Assembly: GCF_030144855.1 (NCBI RefSeq) | Contig: NC_082730.1 | Span: forward strand, 14,880,001 to 14,944,000 | From: Hypanus sabinus | Taxonomy: Eukaryota | DNA: 64,000 nucleotides | Direction: 5' to 3' | In this document: positions 1 through 11,130 of the stretch, one piece after another | How the letters are laid out: the number at the start of each line of letters is the position of its first letter | Position numbering within the stretch: the stretch's first letter is position 1 | Made by a program: the position numbers and the translations under genes | Notes under the pieces: model-generated | What the model was told of the DNA's origin: nothing | The model's database searches: none | The model's input: the letters and a program-made list of their open reading frames with translations, nothing else

Positions 1-289
1 TGACTGTATTTTACAGTTATTTTGTATGTGCCTTGTGCTGAGTGTGACTGTTGGTCCTGCGTTTCACATCTTCGTCCAGGAGTAATGCTGTTGCATTTTG
101 TGGGATTTATATATGGTTGAATGACAATTAATCTTGAAGTTAAACTTGAACTGATGGCATGAGTGAGAAGAGAAGGCAACAGATTAAATGCAGGCAGACG
201 GGACAGGCTCAGATGGAGGGCATCATGTTGGCACGGAGTAACGGGGCTGAACACTGGTTCATGCCACCAACATTATCATTATAAATTAT

Positions 290-600
290 TAATATTGATG
301 ACAAATAACAGTAGCTAACAAATAACAGCACTGATTCCAATGGCACACCACTGGTGATAAAGTCTGATGTTGTCAGAAAACCAACACTCCACCACCACAA
401 TCTGACTCCTTCCATCAAGCCTATTCAGTATCCATCCTGCTAGCTTACCATGAGATCTCACTTTGCAGATCAGTCTGCAGTGTGAGACCTTGTCAAAGGC
501 CTCGCGAAGCTCCACGTGCCAACCTCTGCAGCCCTGTCCTCATCAGTCCCTTTGATCAGCTCTTCAAAAAACCCAGTCAAAAAATTTTGAGTGTATTTAT
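290..600 (-). mobile_element. Degraded CR1 RT fragment
   Basis: EAFDKVSHCRLICKVRSHG..WILNRLDGRSQIVVVE; a paralogous fragment lies at about 24640-24960. Confidence 0.75.
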
Positions 601-649
601 CATACAAAAAATCATGTTGACTATCCCAAATCAGATCCCTGATATATTT

Positions 650-1008
650 AGTTTTTTTTCCACTCCTTTTTTCTCCTTCTCTCTCTGCCCATCACTCTGC
701 CTGTTCTCCATCTCCATCTTTTGCTCCCCTCCCCCTTTCTTTCTCCCTAGGCCTCCCTTCCCATGAGCCTTTCCCTTCTCTAGCTCTGTATCTCTTTTGC
801 CAATCACCTTTCTGGCTCTCAGCTTCACCCCACCCCCTCCAGTCTTCTCCTATCATTTTGCATTTTCCCCTCCCTCTCCTACTTTCAAATTTCTTACTAT
901 CTTCCCCTTCAGTTAGTCCCAAAGAAGGGTCTCGGACCAAAACATCGATAGCACTTCTCCCTATAGATGCTGCCTGGCCTGCTGCATTCCACCAGCATTT
1001 TGTGTGTA
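650..1008. mobile_element. Retroelement remnant with pyrimidine-rich tract and Penelope-like terminal sequence
   Basis: GAAGGGTCTCGGACCAAAACATCG..AGATGCTGCCTGGCCTGCTGCATTCCACCAGCATTTTGTGTG. Related pieces at about 7500-7625, 14700-14865 and 15660-15780. Family assignment is from recall, not a search. Confidence 0.5.
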
Positions 1009-1504
1009 TCCCAAATTAGATCTTGCCTTTGCAAGTTCAGGGGAATTCTATCTCACACAATCACCTCCAGTAAGTTATCCACCACTGATCTTGTGCTCCC
1101 CTGCCTGGAATAGGACTGGATCAGTAATCTATTGACTCAAAAATATGGAAACACACTGAGACATTAGTGGGCAGATACAAATGATGATCCAATCAAATAA
1201 AAATCATTACTTGTGAAGAGCTGTGAGCACGGGATGAGGGACGATGCTGTTGTCCTTCTCAATCAATGTGGAGTTCAATTGTACCAATTGACAGTGTGAG
1301 CAGATTCCTCAGAACACAGTGACAGCTTTAAATAAAACATCTTTTTATATTATTAATGCATTATCATTTGCTTTTTTGTGCTGCATTGGATCCAGAGTAC
1401 CAATGATTTTGCTCTCCTGTACAGGAAATAACATTAAAAAATGTTGAATCTGCTTGTGTAAATTTGATTTTACCTGTCCATTTTCTGAAGAATTTCTCTC
1501 TTAG

Positions 1505-1825
1505 TTTCAGGTGCTTTATGGGCTGAAGATAAAGTAAGAGGAGTTGTGGGAAGAGCGGTCACAATCGATTGTCACTATGCACCAATGTACCGCTCACACC
1601 AAAAGTATTTCTGCTGCATGTGGGATCGCCAGTGCACATCATTAGTGAATACAAATGGGCAAAGTGAACAGTATGGAAGGATGACAATCAGAGATAACAC
1701 ATCCCAGGGAATATTTACTGTTACTATGGAGAATCTTGTCTCTCAAGATACAGGAGTTTACAGATGTGGAATTGCAACATCTGGCAATCATCCAATGTTT
1801 GATATGCATCTACAAGTATCTGATG
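1505..1825 (+). CDS. Ig V-type exon V1, CD300/pIgR-like receptor
   Basis: TTCTCTCTTAG acceptor, G|GTAGGT donor, 321 nt, phase 1-1. Reads (V/I)SGALWAEDKVRGVVGRAVTIDCHY..KYFCCMWDRQC..GRMTIRDN..FTVTMENLVSQDTGVYRCG. B/F-strand Cys, DxGxYxC and a C-C' Cys pair are typical of CD300/pIgR V domains. A second AG at 1509-1510 is also in frame. Confidence 0.9.
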
Positions 1826-2509
1826 GTAGGTTTCCAGTTGTTTGACTGTATGATATCTGATATCAAATGTCTAATCTGTTTTGTCTGGGCAGCAGGAATA
1901 TCCTGAGGCTCCTAAGCGGTGCAGAGGCTGGTGGTGAGTGGGCAGGGGTCTATTAACCCTACTCATGTTGTCCATCCCACTGAGTGGCCAGTGATTTCCA
2001 GTGGGAGGCTCAGCACATTTTCCTGCTTCTGAACTGTATGAAATGTCACCCTGTCAGAGTCTGTATTGAGAATTAAACTAATAATCCAGCAGCAACAGAT
2101 CAGTGAAATGCAAATATTGCTCGTGGTCTAAATACCTCAATAAATATTAAAAGGGAATCAATTTTCAGAGTTCAAAAGACTCAGCTCAGTCATCATGGAG
2201 CAGGCCAGCCCACTCTCCACCTCACCTCAGGGATCAGTTGTTTTCTCCACAACCCCCTCAATCTCAATCCCTCTCCCTCTCATCCCCCTCTCCTTCTCAC
2301 CCCCCCTCACCCCCTCCCTCCATCCACATCTAGGAGCTGTGAGTCCCCACACTCAGCACCTGCCGACTACCCAACACCCGACAGCCTACCTCTCCATCCA
2401 ACCCATTCCCATGTGGAAAATAGCACAATGGAATGACATTAGAAAATTGAAAAAGGAACTTTCTGGCACAGAAGTAGATCCCCCCCCCCCCCCCCTCCAG
2501 CCCATCATG

Positions 2510-2990
2510 TGCATCCAATGACCTGGAATGAAGGAGTTAACATATGAGATGTATTTGATGGCACTCAGCCTTTTGCTTGCTAGAATTTAGAAAAATGAGA
2601 GGGTATCTCATTGAGACTTGTAGACCATTGAAAGGCTAGTTTGAGTAGACATAGAAAGTGTGTTTCCAGCAGTGGAGGAGTCTAGACTGGTGGTCAAAGA
2701 CAATATAAGGACATTCCTTTTGAACATAGCTGAGAAGAAATTTCTTTAGCCAGAGGGTGGTGATCCTTTGGAATTCATTGTCACAGAAGGTTGTGGAAGT
2801 CAAGCTATTGGGTATATTTAAAGTGAAGGCTGATAGGTTCTTGATTAGTACAGGCATCCAATGTTTCAGGGAGAAGGCAGCAGAATACAGTTGAGATGGA
2901 AGCTATATCAGCATTATTGAATTTTGGAGCAGACTCAATAGGCCAAATGGCCTAATTCTACTTCTATGTCTTATTGTTTTATGATCTTAT
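2510..2990 (+). mobile_element. CR1 3' end fragment
   Basis: Typical CR1 ORF2 C-terminus and 3' UTR, ending GGCCAAATGGCCTAATTCTACTTCTATGTCTTAT. Confidence 0.75.
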
Positions 2991-3204
2991 TATGTCAGTT
3001 TAAGCTAATTCCATTTGGCGACAAATGTGTATAATCACTGCAGTGCCTAACTTTTGGTGGGTTCATCTAAATGCCTTTTAACTATTGTTGTTCTACCTGC
3101 TCCACCTGCTTGCCTGACAGACCATTACAGGCAGTCACCACACTCGCTGTAGCTAAAAAAGCTGTCTCACAAATCTATTTTAAACTGGCTACTTCTCATC
3201 TTAA

Positions 3205-3990
3205 AGGCACAAAGTTCTCAAAGCTACAATTTAATGTCAGAGAAATGAATACAATATACATCCTGAAATGCTTTTTCTTCGTAACCATCCACAAAAACAG
3301 GGGAGCACCCCAAAAAATGAACAACAGTTAAATGTTAGAACCCCAAAGGCCCCAGCAGTTCCCCTCCCTCCTGCATGTAAGCGGCAGCAAGCAACAATCC
3401 CACCCCCTCACCCCACTGGCAAAAAATCAGCATCGGCACCCGCCACCGAGTTCTCAAGTGTGAGCAAAGACTTCATGTTTCACCCAATATTTGACAAACC
3501 ACAGGCTCTCTTTCTCCCTAATAAGGGAAAAAAAAGGTGTCTCTGTTTTCACAGCAAGTGGGGAGATAACAAACATCTCACTGGTTTATGATGTTAAAAC
3601 TCCATTATGTTGCTTTTTTCCAGCTCTGTGCCCAAAGATCTGGGCACACAGCAATACACCTTCTGACTTTCCCGATGACACATGATCTCCCGCCTTAACA
3701 CCGAACTTCGATCTGCCCATCTCCAGAGCCCGGAGATCCTCGGCCTCCAAAGCCTTCATAGCTGAGCCGGACTCTTGGCCGAGCCCTTGGCGTGCCGATG
3801 AACGGCCAGTTATGAAACCCCAAGAGTGGGTCCCATTCCCACAAAGAATGTTAGTAAGCAGGTAACTCCAGGTCAGGGTCTTCAAAAGAACCCAGAAAGG
3901 GAAAAATAAAGATATTAAAGATGGAAATAAATGTCTTTCTGAAGATGCAAGCAAAGGAGTTGCTGTTTAGCGCTTTCATCACTACGCTCT
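3205..3990 (-). mobile_element. Dispersed ~0.75-kb non-coding retroelement 3' portion, copy 1
   Basis: Colinear with 5880-6710 and 18880-19625 (shared AATTTAATGTCAGAGAAATG..TTAAATGTTAGAACCCCAAA..CAGGTCAGGGTCTTCAAAAGAA). Orientation inferred from the TTTGAAC-type tail. Confidence 0.65.
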
Positions 3991-4266
3991 GTCTCCGTAA
4001 AGTATGCTTGCATTGATTCTCCAAACAGCACCAGAGGCTGTCTCCTTGAAGCTGAGAGAGATTGTACTCTGATTTTCATTCTGACACATCCTCAAAGTCA
4101 TCATCACATCTGTCCTGATTTGGAGTCCTACTTTGTTTTGGGATAATGTCAGATTTGGCAGTTCAGGCAGTTGAGAGGGTGCAGTGACTCAGATTGATGT
4201 GGGGTTCAGATGCCCACCTGTTGCATCTTTATTGATTTTCTTATGTTCACTGATTCTTTCCCACAG

Positions 4267-4587
4267 AACCGGTGTCTGTTCCTGTGCTTCAGTTTCTGTC
4301 TCCTGCAAATGTCTCGTGTGGTGGGGGATCCGTGTCACTGTCCTGTGAGTCTGCACTGGGATCCCTTCCCATTCAATACACATGGTATGAAAACACCTCA
4401 TCAGTGGATTCAAAGATCTCTGACACCAGTAAACTGGATCTACATTGTCAATCCTTCAAACACCAGCACCATCAATATTACTGCACAGCCTTGAATACTC
4501 ATGGAGCGAAATCCAGTGAAATAGTGAATGTGTCCAACTGCAACAGAGAAGACAATTACAGACTTGTGATTTGGTTTACTAACACTG
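4267..4587 (+). CDS. Ig C2-type exon C1
   Basis: TTCTTTCCCACAG acceptor, G|GTAAGT donor, 321 nt. Reads EPVSVPVL..VSLSCES..GSLPIQYTWY..LDLHC..YYCTALN..SNC. GSxPIxYxW and YYC motifs match FCRL/PECAM-type C2 domains. Confidence 0.88.
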
Positions 4588-5879
4588 GTAAGTTGTGGAG
4601 GGTGTGAATCATTAGGATGTATCATGTACTGTTTTCAAGATTCAAGATTGCTTAATGTCGGTTCCAGGACATGAGTGAGAGGAGAACAAAATAATTGTTA
4701 ATTTGGATCCAATGCAACACAAAAAAGATATTGAACACAATAATAAAGAAACACAATAAATATAAATACATAAGATGGTTTATATACAGTGCCTGTATGT
4801 CTATAAAGTGACACTAGCCACGACAGTGTTTGTACCTAAGGTGGCTGACATGAAGTGATAAAGTTGTGGTGGTCGGGGTTGTGGAGGGGTGTGTGGTTGG
4901 GAGTGCTCATCTGTTATGTTCTTAGGATTCCATTCAGACATTTTCAGATGATTCTCTCTGCACTGTGACAAGTCTTGCAGAGAGCAGAACGCCACATTCA
5001 CTAGCTGAGAAGTGAGTCCCTCACCAGAGAGCTTCCTGCCTGCAGCCTGCTCTTGCTGTGCATGGTGGCTTTGTGTCTAAGTTGCTGACACTTCCAGTTG
5101 CTGACTGAGATTTTACTCATCTTTGGAAAACAGCAAGTGCCCAAGCTTGCTCCTTCTGGATTTTTAACCAGTTTCCAGTGGTTTGTTTCATGGAAAACAG
5201 AGAGAATTGTACAGGTGAAGAAAACAGTGGAAATCATATGCAGTTAGTGTAAGAACTCAGGAAGAATGGCTTCAACAGGCAGTTTGGTCTCTCAATTCTA
5301 CTGCATTATCAATGTAACCCTGGCTGATCTATACCTGCCTGTCTCTGCTCTTCTGTCCCATTTTTCCACTTTGCCATTCCCTGACCTATATATAAAAAAT
5401 CAACTCTCTGTTTAAGTAGCCCCACTGATCCAGCCTCCACAACCTTCCAGGTAGAGAATTCCAAAGAGAGTAAAGACGTTCCTATGCATCTACTTTTTAA
5501 ATTACCCAAATATAAGCTTGTTACTATGCCTCCTCATTTCAGACACTCCAACAGGTGAAACTGGCTTGCCCATAGAAGGCAGAGGATGGCAATAGAAAGA
5601 ATGTACTCTGCCAGGAGGTAGTGACCAGAGTTGTTACACAATTACCTGCTGGCACTTGATCTCAATCCTCCGACTAACAAAAGGATGTTCTGTTCTGGGA
5701 TCCTTGTCCTTTGTGATTTTTATAAAGTACTTAACTGAGGAAGTGGAAGGATTGCTTAGCATGTTTGCAGAGAACACAGATGCTGGTGGTGCAGTGGACA
5801 GTGCAGAAGATTGTCATAGGTTACAGTGGGATATTGACAGGATGCAGAGCTGGGCTGAAAAGTAGCGGATGGAGTTCTA

Positions 5880-6710
5880 TCTGGAAAAGTTCAAAAGTTC
5901 AAAGGAACAATTTAATGTCAGAGAAATGTGTACAATATACACCCTGAAATGCTGTTACTTCTCAACCATCCACGAAAACAGATGAGCACCCCAAGAATGA
6001 ATGACAGTTAAATGTTAGAACCCCAAAGACCCCCCCCCCAGCTCCCCCTTCCCATGCGTAAGTGGCAGTGAGCAACAATCCCCCCCTCCCCTCACCAGCA
6101 AAAAAAAAGCATCGGCACCGCCACCGAGCACTCAAGTGTGAGCAAAGCAATAGCAAAGACACGGACTTGCAGTTACCCCAAAGGCTTCGCGTTTCACCCA
6201 ATATTTGACATACCACAGGCTCTCTCTCTCCCTTATAAGGGAGAAAGAGGTGTCTCCATTTTCACAGTGAGTGGGGAGATAGCAAACAACTCACTGGTTT
6301 ATGATCTTAGAAGTCCGTTACATCACTTTTTTCAAGCTCTGTGCCTGAAGATCCCAAGGATCCTGTGTCTCCAGGCACACAGTCACAGATATCCTGAACC
6401 CACCCCGATGACACATGGGTCACCCGTGGTGACATCGACCCTTGGTCTGCCCATCTCCAAAGCCCCGAGATCCTAGGCTTCCAAATCCGAGCCAGACTCC
6501 TGGGCTGAGCCTTTGGCGTGCCAAACAACGGCCAGTTATAGAACCCAGACAGCAGGTCCCATTCCCACAAAGAACTGTAGTCAGCATATAACCCCAGGTC
6601 AGGGTCTTCAAAAGAACCCTGAAGGGGAAAAATAGAAATATTAAAGATGGAAGTAGAGTTGTTTCTGAAGAGGAAAACAAAGGAGTTGCTGTTAGGTGCA
6701 ATTATCCGTC
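5880..6710 (-). mobile_element. Same element, copy 2, nested in a CR1
   Basis: Starts AAAAGTTCAAAAGTTCAAAG and splits a + strand CR1 RT remnant: 5600-5880 (..DCHRLQWDIDRMQSWAEK) resumes at about 6730-7170 (..YRTLISPHLEDC). Confidence 0.7.
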
Positions 6711-8213
6711 CTGAAGTAATGCAGCTTGAAAGATGAAATTTGAAGACAGCATGTAAGGTTAATGGCAAGATGTTGGGGTCCAAGCCCAAATATTTGTTAA
6801 AACTGGCACGCAAATTGATAAGATGGTGAAGAAGGCACATGCCACATTGGACTTCATTAATTCGAGTGTTGAATTCAAGAACCATGAGGTATTATTACTG
6901 CCCTATAGAACTCTGATTAGTCCACACTTGGAGGACTGTGCTCTATTCTTGTCATCTCACCATATGAAGAATATGGAAATTTTTGAGGCTTTAGAGGAGA
7001 TTTACCGTGATGTTGACTAATACATCTGTGACACAGTAGTTAAGTGACTCTTAGATTGGCACATAGATAGTTTTGTGCTGTGCAGGTGGAAGGGTTTGAT
7101 TGATCATGGACTAGGTTTAAGGCTGGAACAACATCATGGGCCAAGGAGCCTGTACTGTGTTGTATTGTGCTATGTTGTATATAAAAGGAACCTGAGGGGC
7201 AGAATTTTTACACAGAGAGAGGGGGTAACTGTGACAAATTACTGAACAAATTTGAGGAGATGGATACCATAAAAAATGATTTTAAAACTTTTCTGGGAAA
7301 GGGATGTGAGCTAAATGCAGGCAAGTGAGTCCAGATCAGTTTAACACACTCATCAGTGTGAATGAGTTGAGTTGAAGAATTGTTCTTATACTACATAATT
7401 CTATGATGCTTAAGGCATTTTTCTGTCCACTATTAGATCAAGAACACAAGAGATTCTGCCGATTTTGGACAACAACATCAACATATACAAGGTGCGGTAG
7501 GAAATCAGCAGGTCAGGCATCATCTGTGCAAAGGAAGAAACAGGCGACATTTCAGGCTGAGGCCCTTTCTGGTGATCTGCTGAGTTCTTCCCGACCTGCT
7601 GAATTCCTCCACCATTTTGTGTTATAACAGGAATTGTCTTACCATTGAGAATAGGAGCATTATCCAGTTGTATCAAAAACTGTACTTGATCTAATATCTG
7701 TGCCTACACAGTGCAGAGTTGTGTTTATCCTCTGGTAGGTATTGTAGCCCTAACAACAGATCTCCCAGAGCTGGCAGATGCCAGCTGCCTGGCTGGAACT
7801 TTCACCTCTGTCTGCACAGAATTAAATAGTGTTTGCAATCGCAGCAATCAAGCCCTGCAACTTCCCTAGCAACATGGGTGTTCAGATATACACAGGAAAC
7901 AGAAATTACTCACCTCCATGCAACCAAGGCATGAGTTTACTCAAGGCATGTACACTTGCTTGACTGCACTTGGAAAACAGAATAGACTGAATTTTCTTTC
8001 CTTGCCTTAACAGGATGGGAATATTCATGTGAAACATTTACATCAGTGTCAACTGCAAGGTAAATCATTTGATCCAGTTCTGCTGAAAGGTACAATGTTC
8101 TCATTGCTGGTCCTATGGCCCTGCTCCCAAATGAGACCATACGATATAAGAGATGTATTAGGCCATTTGCCCCATCAATATGATTAGGGGGGAAATGCAA
8201 TTTTATTTTCTAG

Positions 8214-8344
8214 TACAGAATGCCTGTGAGAATATTGTTTTCAGTTCTACAACCAATGGTACAACCAACGATCTCCTACATGTTTTAAGCTCAAGAATCC
8301 AAGATAAATCAAACACTGAATATTCTGCAATAACGTTGCCATAG
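8214..8344 (+). CDS. Candidate terminal stalk/tail exon T1
   Basis: Acceptor AATTTTATTTTCTAG resembles the acceptors of the array tail exons. The phase-1 frame is open: VQNACENIVFSSTTNGTTNDLLHVLSSRIQDKSNTEYSAITLP-TAG, sharing the CEN motif and S/T-rich run. AATAAA at 8591-8596. Not in the supplied ORF track. Confidence 0.55.
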
Positions 8345-8713
8345 AAGTTGATATTCATTTTTATTTTGGAAGTAGATTCTTGGAACGGATAATCACTTGC
8401 CCCAACATTGAAGTTTTCCACAACAAATGGACTCAACGTTCAAGGACTTTTCATCTCATGTTTTTGATATTGATTGCTCACTTATTTGTTAGTTTTCTTC
8501 TGCACTCAGGTTGAATGCCCTAGTTGGGTGGTCTTTCATTGATTTTGTTTTTGTTATTATTCTATAGGATCATTGAGTATGCCCACAGAAAATAAATCTG
8601 AGTTTCATATGGTGACCTATGCAGACTTTGATAATAAATCTACTTTGAACTATAAGGTTTAGGGTTTACATCCTTCTGTTGTGTAATAAATTCTTGTGGT
8701 CACAGAGTCAACT

Positions 8714-9884
8714 TTGCAACAAAGCTATCAATTGCATTTTTCAAATTATTGACATATGTAATGGCTTCTTTGTAATGTTATCTGCTAAGGCTAATGTAAT
8801 GGCTTCTCTGTAATGCTTGCTGCTGAGGTACTGTAATGGTTTCTCTGTAGCAGGAATGTTTGGGTTGTGACTAGAGATAACAGGATTTTGGAATTCAGTG
8901 CAATCCAATGAGAGAAATGTTATTCTTTCTTGTGTGTCTGGGAGCCAGGGTTTTTGTGGGTTTTCGTTGAGGAGAGAGGAAGAGGAATGACACTTGTGGA
9001 GAGCGCTGGTAAACCACCGGATGGCGTATACCGGTATCCAAGGGTCCGATGGTCGGCGACGTTCAGTGGAAATTGATGATGGAGGAATGCCTGCTGAGTG
9101 AGCTCCAACAATACTGTGACTTTAATTTGGGCATTTTATTTTGTTTGCTTACTTTCATGCTAATTTTTTATTCAGATTAAGTATCATAAAGTCTATCATT
9201 TAATTGCATATGGTGTACTGTCTGATATTTTGCATTGTGAGTTTGTAATTGGGAGTACATTACACAGCATCCACACAAACTTGAATACCCAGTTTGGCGG
9301 GGCTGAAAGCTGATTTCCCTAGACCAACGCGATCTGGGCGAGCCTGAGGGTTACAATTGTGGGGGCTCAATTCAGTTTCGGGTCTGTTTCGGTTTGCTGC
9401 TGTGTGACAGCCCTGCTTAAATCTGTAAATCTCTGCTGGTATGGATGCCGCTGGATTATAGCAATGGTGTCCCTCTGTGAGATTGCGGTTAGTAATGCGT
9501 GTCTGTTGAGTTGGGTGGATATTCATACCCCAGATGAATTGTTAATTCGATGTTTGAGTATCGTTAAAGCTGTTGGTGAGTTTGAAATCGTAGCACAGAA
9601 GTTTGATAAAATGGTGGGCTCAGACCTTGTTTTAGTTCAGACTAGCTCTGACATAACAACAGTGGGGCTGCCAGCGTCTATTGGTGACCCAGGTGAGGTG
9701 GGGCCATGACGTGTCCATACTGTCAGGGAGGAAGAGAAGGGAGTCCAGCAGGCTGGGTCACAAGCTGAGTTGCCTGCAGTTGGGATTTCAGTGACAGGGC
9801 CCTATCATTTCTGAGGAATGAGGGGAAAGAGTGGTCGGGTTTGGAAAGTTTAATAATTCCCCATCCCCCAGTGAAGGGTAATGG
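8714..9884 (+). repeat. Inverted duplicate of 12157-13327 (43 bp CR1 flank + LTR 8757-9355 + PBS-like site + 5' gag)
   Basis: Reverse-complement match over 1171 bp. ORFs 8920-9111/12930-13121, 9359-9709/12227-12712 and 9723-9917/12025-12318 are mirror pairs in the ORF track. Confidence 0.92.
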
Positions 9885-10930
9885 AACGAAGTGGAGTACT
9901 GTGTGCTGAGTTTGCATGAGAAGCTCCTTTTACATTCCACCTACTTCCTCATCTCTGTTCAAATGGGATGTCCTTGGGGGGATAAAATTTCATTCCCTCT
10001 CTGAAGGCTGTGCCCACTCTTTGAAGTTACTTTTAGAGCTCACCTCTTCTGAATTATTTTCCCTCCATTAGTGCAATTTCAATAGCTCTGATGTGATTTC
10101 ACTTTGCTTTAGTTAGATGTGAGGGGAAAGGTTACTGAATGGAATTACATATTCACAATGGATAAAAGCCACATCGGACCCTCTCCTAAACCAACTCAAC
10201 TGCATTTTGACAGGAAATGGTTTGTGTAAGTAGACAACCGCTGCAGTTTCTATTTCTCATAAAATCATAGGGCCTTGTAAACAGACAGGTCACCATTGTC
10301 TAAGGAGAAGATATTTATATCTTACCTGTCTTACCTCCATATCATAACTCTGCATATCTTTACACAGATTCTCAGTTGCTTGCTTCCCAATATCCCTGTT
10401 TAACTGGTTAGATCTTTCAATGTTACTCAAAGAGTGATCTATCCAGAGTCCTGCTGTGCGATTCCCTGGACCAGATGAAGTCTGAGAGAGCTTCAGTACA
10501 AGGGATAACAATTCTCACAGGTCACACTTATTGGAGAAATAATACAGAATCAGAATCATGTTTAGTATGACTGGCATACTGCATGTTCTGAAATTATCCG
10601 TATCGGCACCATCTTGAAGTTTAACAAAACAATGTTAATTGTTCAACTGCACAGCCTGCTGAGATCCCCCGGCATTTTGTGTGTGCTGTTTTTTTTGTTT
10701 AACCCTGATTTCATTGTAGTGTGAGGGTTGAGGTGATCCAAGAAAGTGGCTAATTTATATATTTATATTGTCCTGAATTTTTGTTGATGTCTTTGCAATT
10801 TTTTATAAATAACTAATTTCACATTGTATAGAAATGGATAAATGATAAAATAATTCAGTACAAACAGAGAGCTTCTGTTACTTTGAGTTTGTTACATGTG
10901 TTTTAGGGGAGACAATACAGTATATCAGTC

Positions 10931-10967
10931 ATGAGTATATATCTGCTTAAATTCTGTACTTTGTATA
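10931..10967 (+). CDS. Candidate leader (signal peptide) exon for V2
   Basis: ATG..TAT A|GTAAGA is a phase-1 donor. Splicing to V2 gives MSIYLLKFCTLY-I-SGALWAEKSVRG. Length fits a leader, but the hydrophobic core contains a Lys and the intron would be 9 kb. Confidence 0.3.
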
Positions 10968-11130
10968 GTAAGAGTGCTGACTCTGTTGTGTCAGGCACAG
11001 CTGTCCTCTGTAATTTTCACTCTCAGCAAAGGATGTGGTCAGAACTTCTGTCTTCTTTATTTATCTTATCAGCAGAATATAGAGAAGTACCAATAGATGC
11101 TATATATAAACAAATTGTGTCACACTCTTC

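Noticed and set aside
7820-7930. Possible exon ELNSVCNRSNQALQLP* or MGVQIYTGNRNY after C1
   Set aside because: No clear similarity to the tail exons; 8214-8344 is a better candidate.
11034-11090. MWSELLSSLFILSA looks like a signal peptide
   Set aside because: No phase-1 GT donor follows it.
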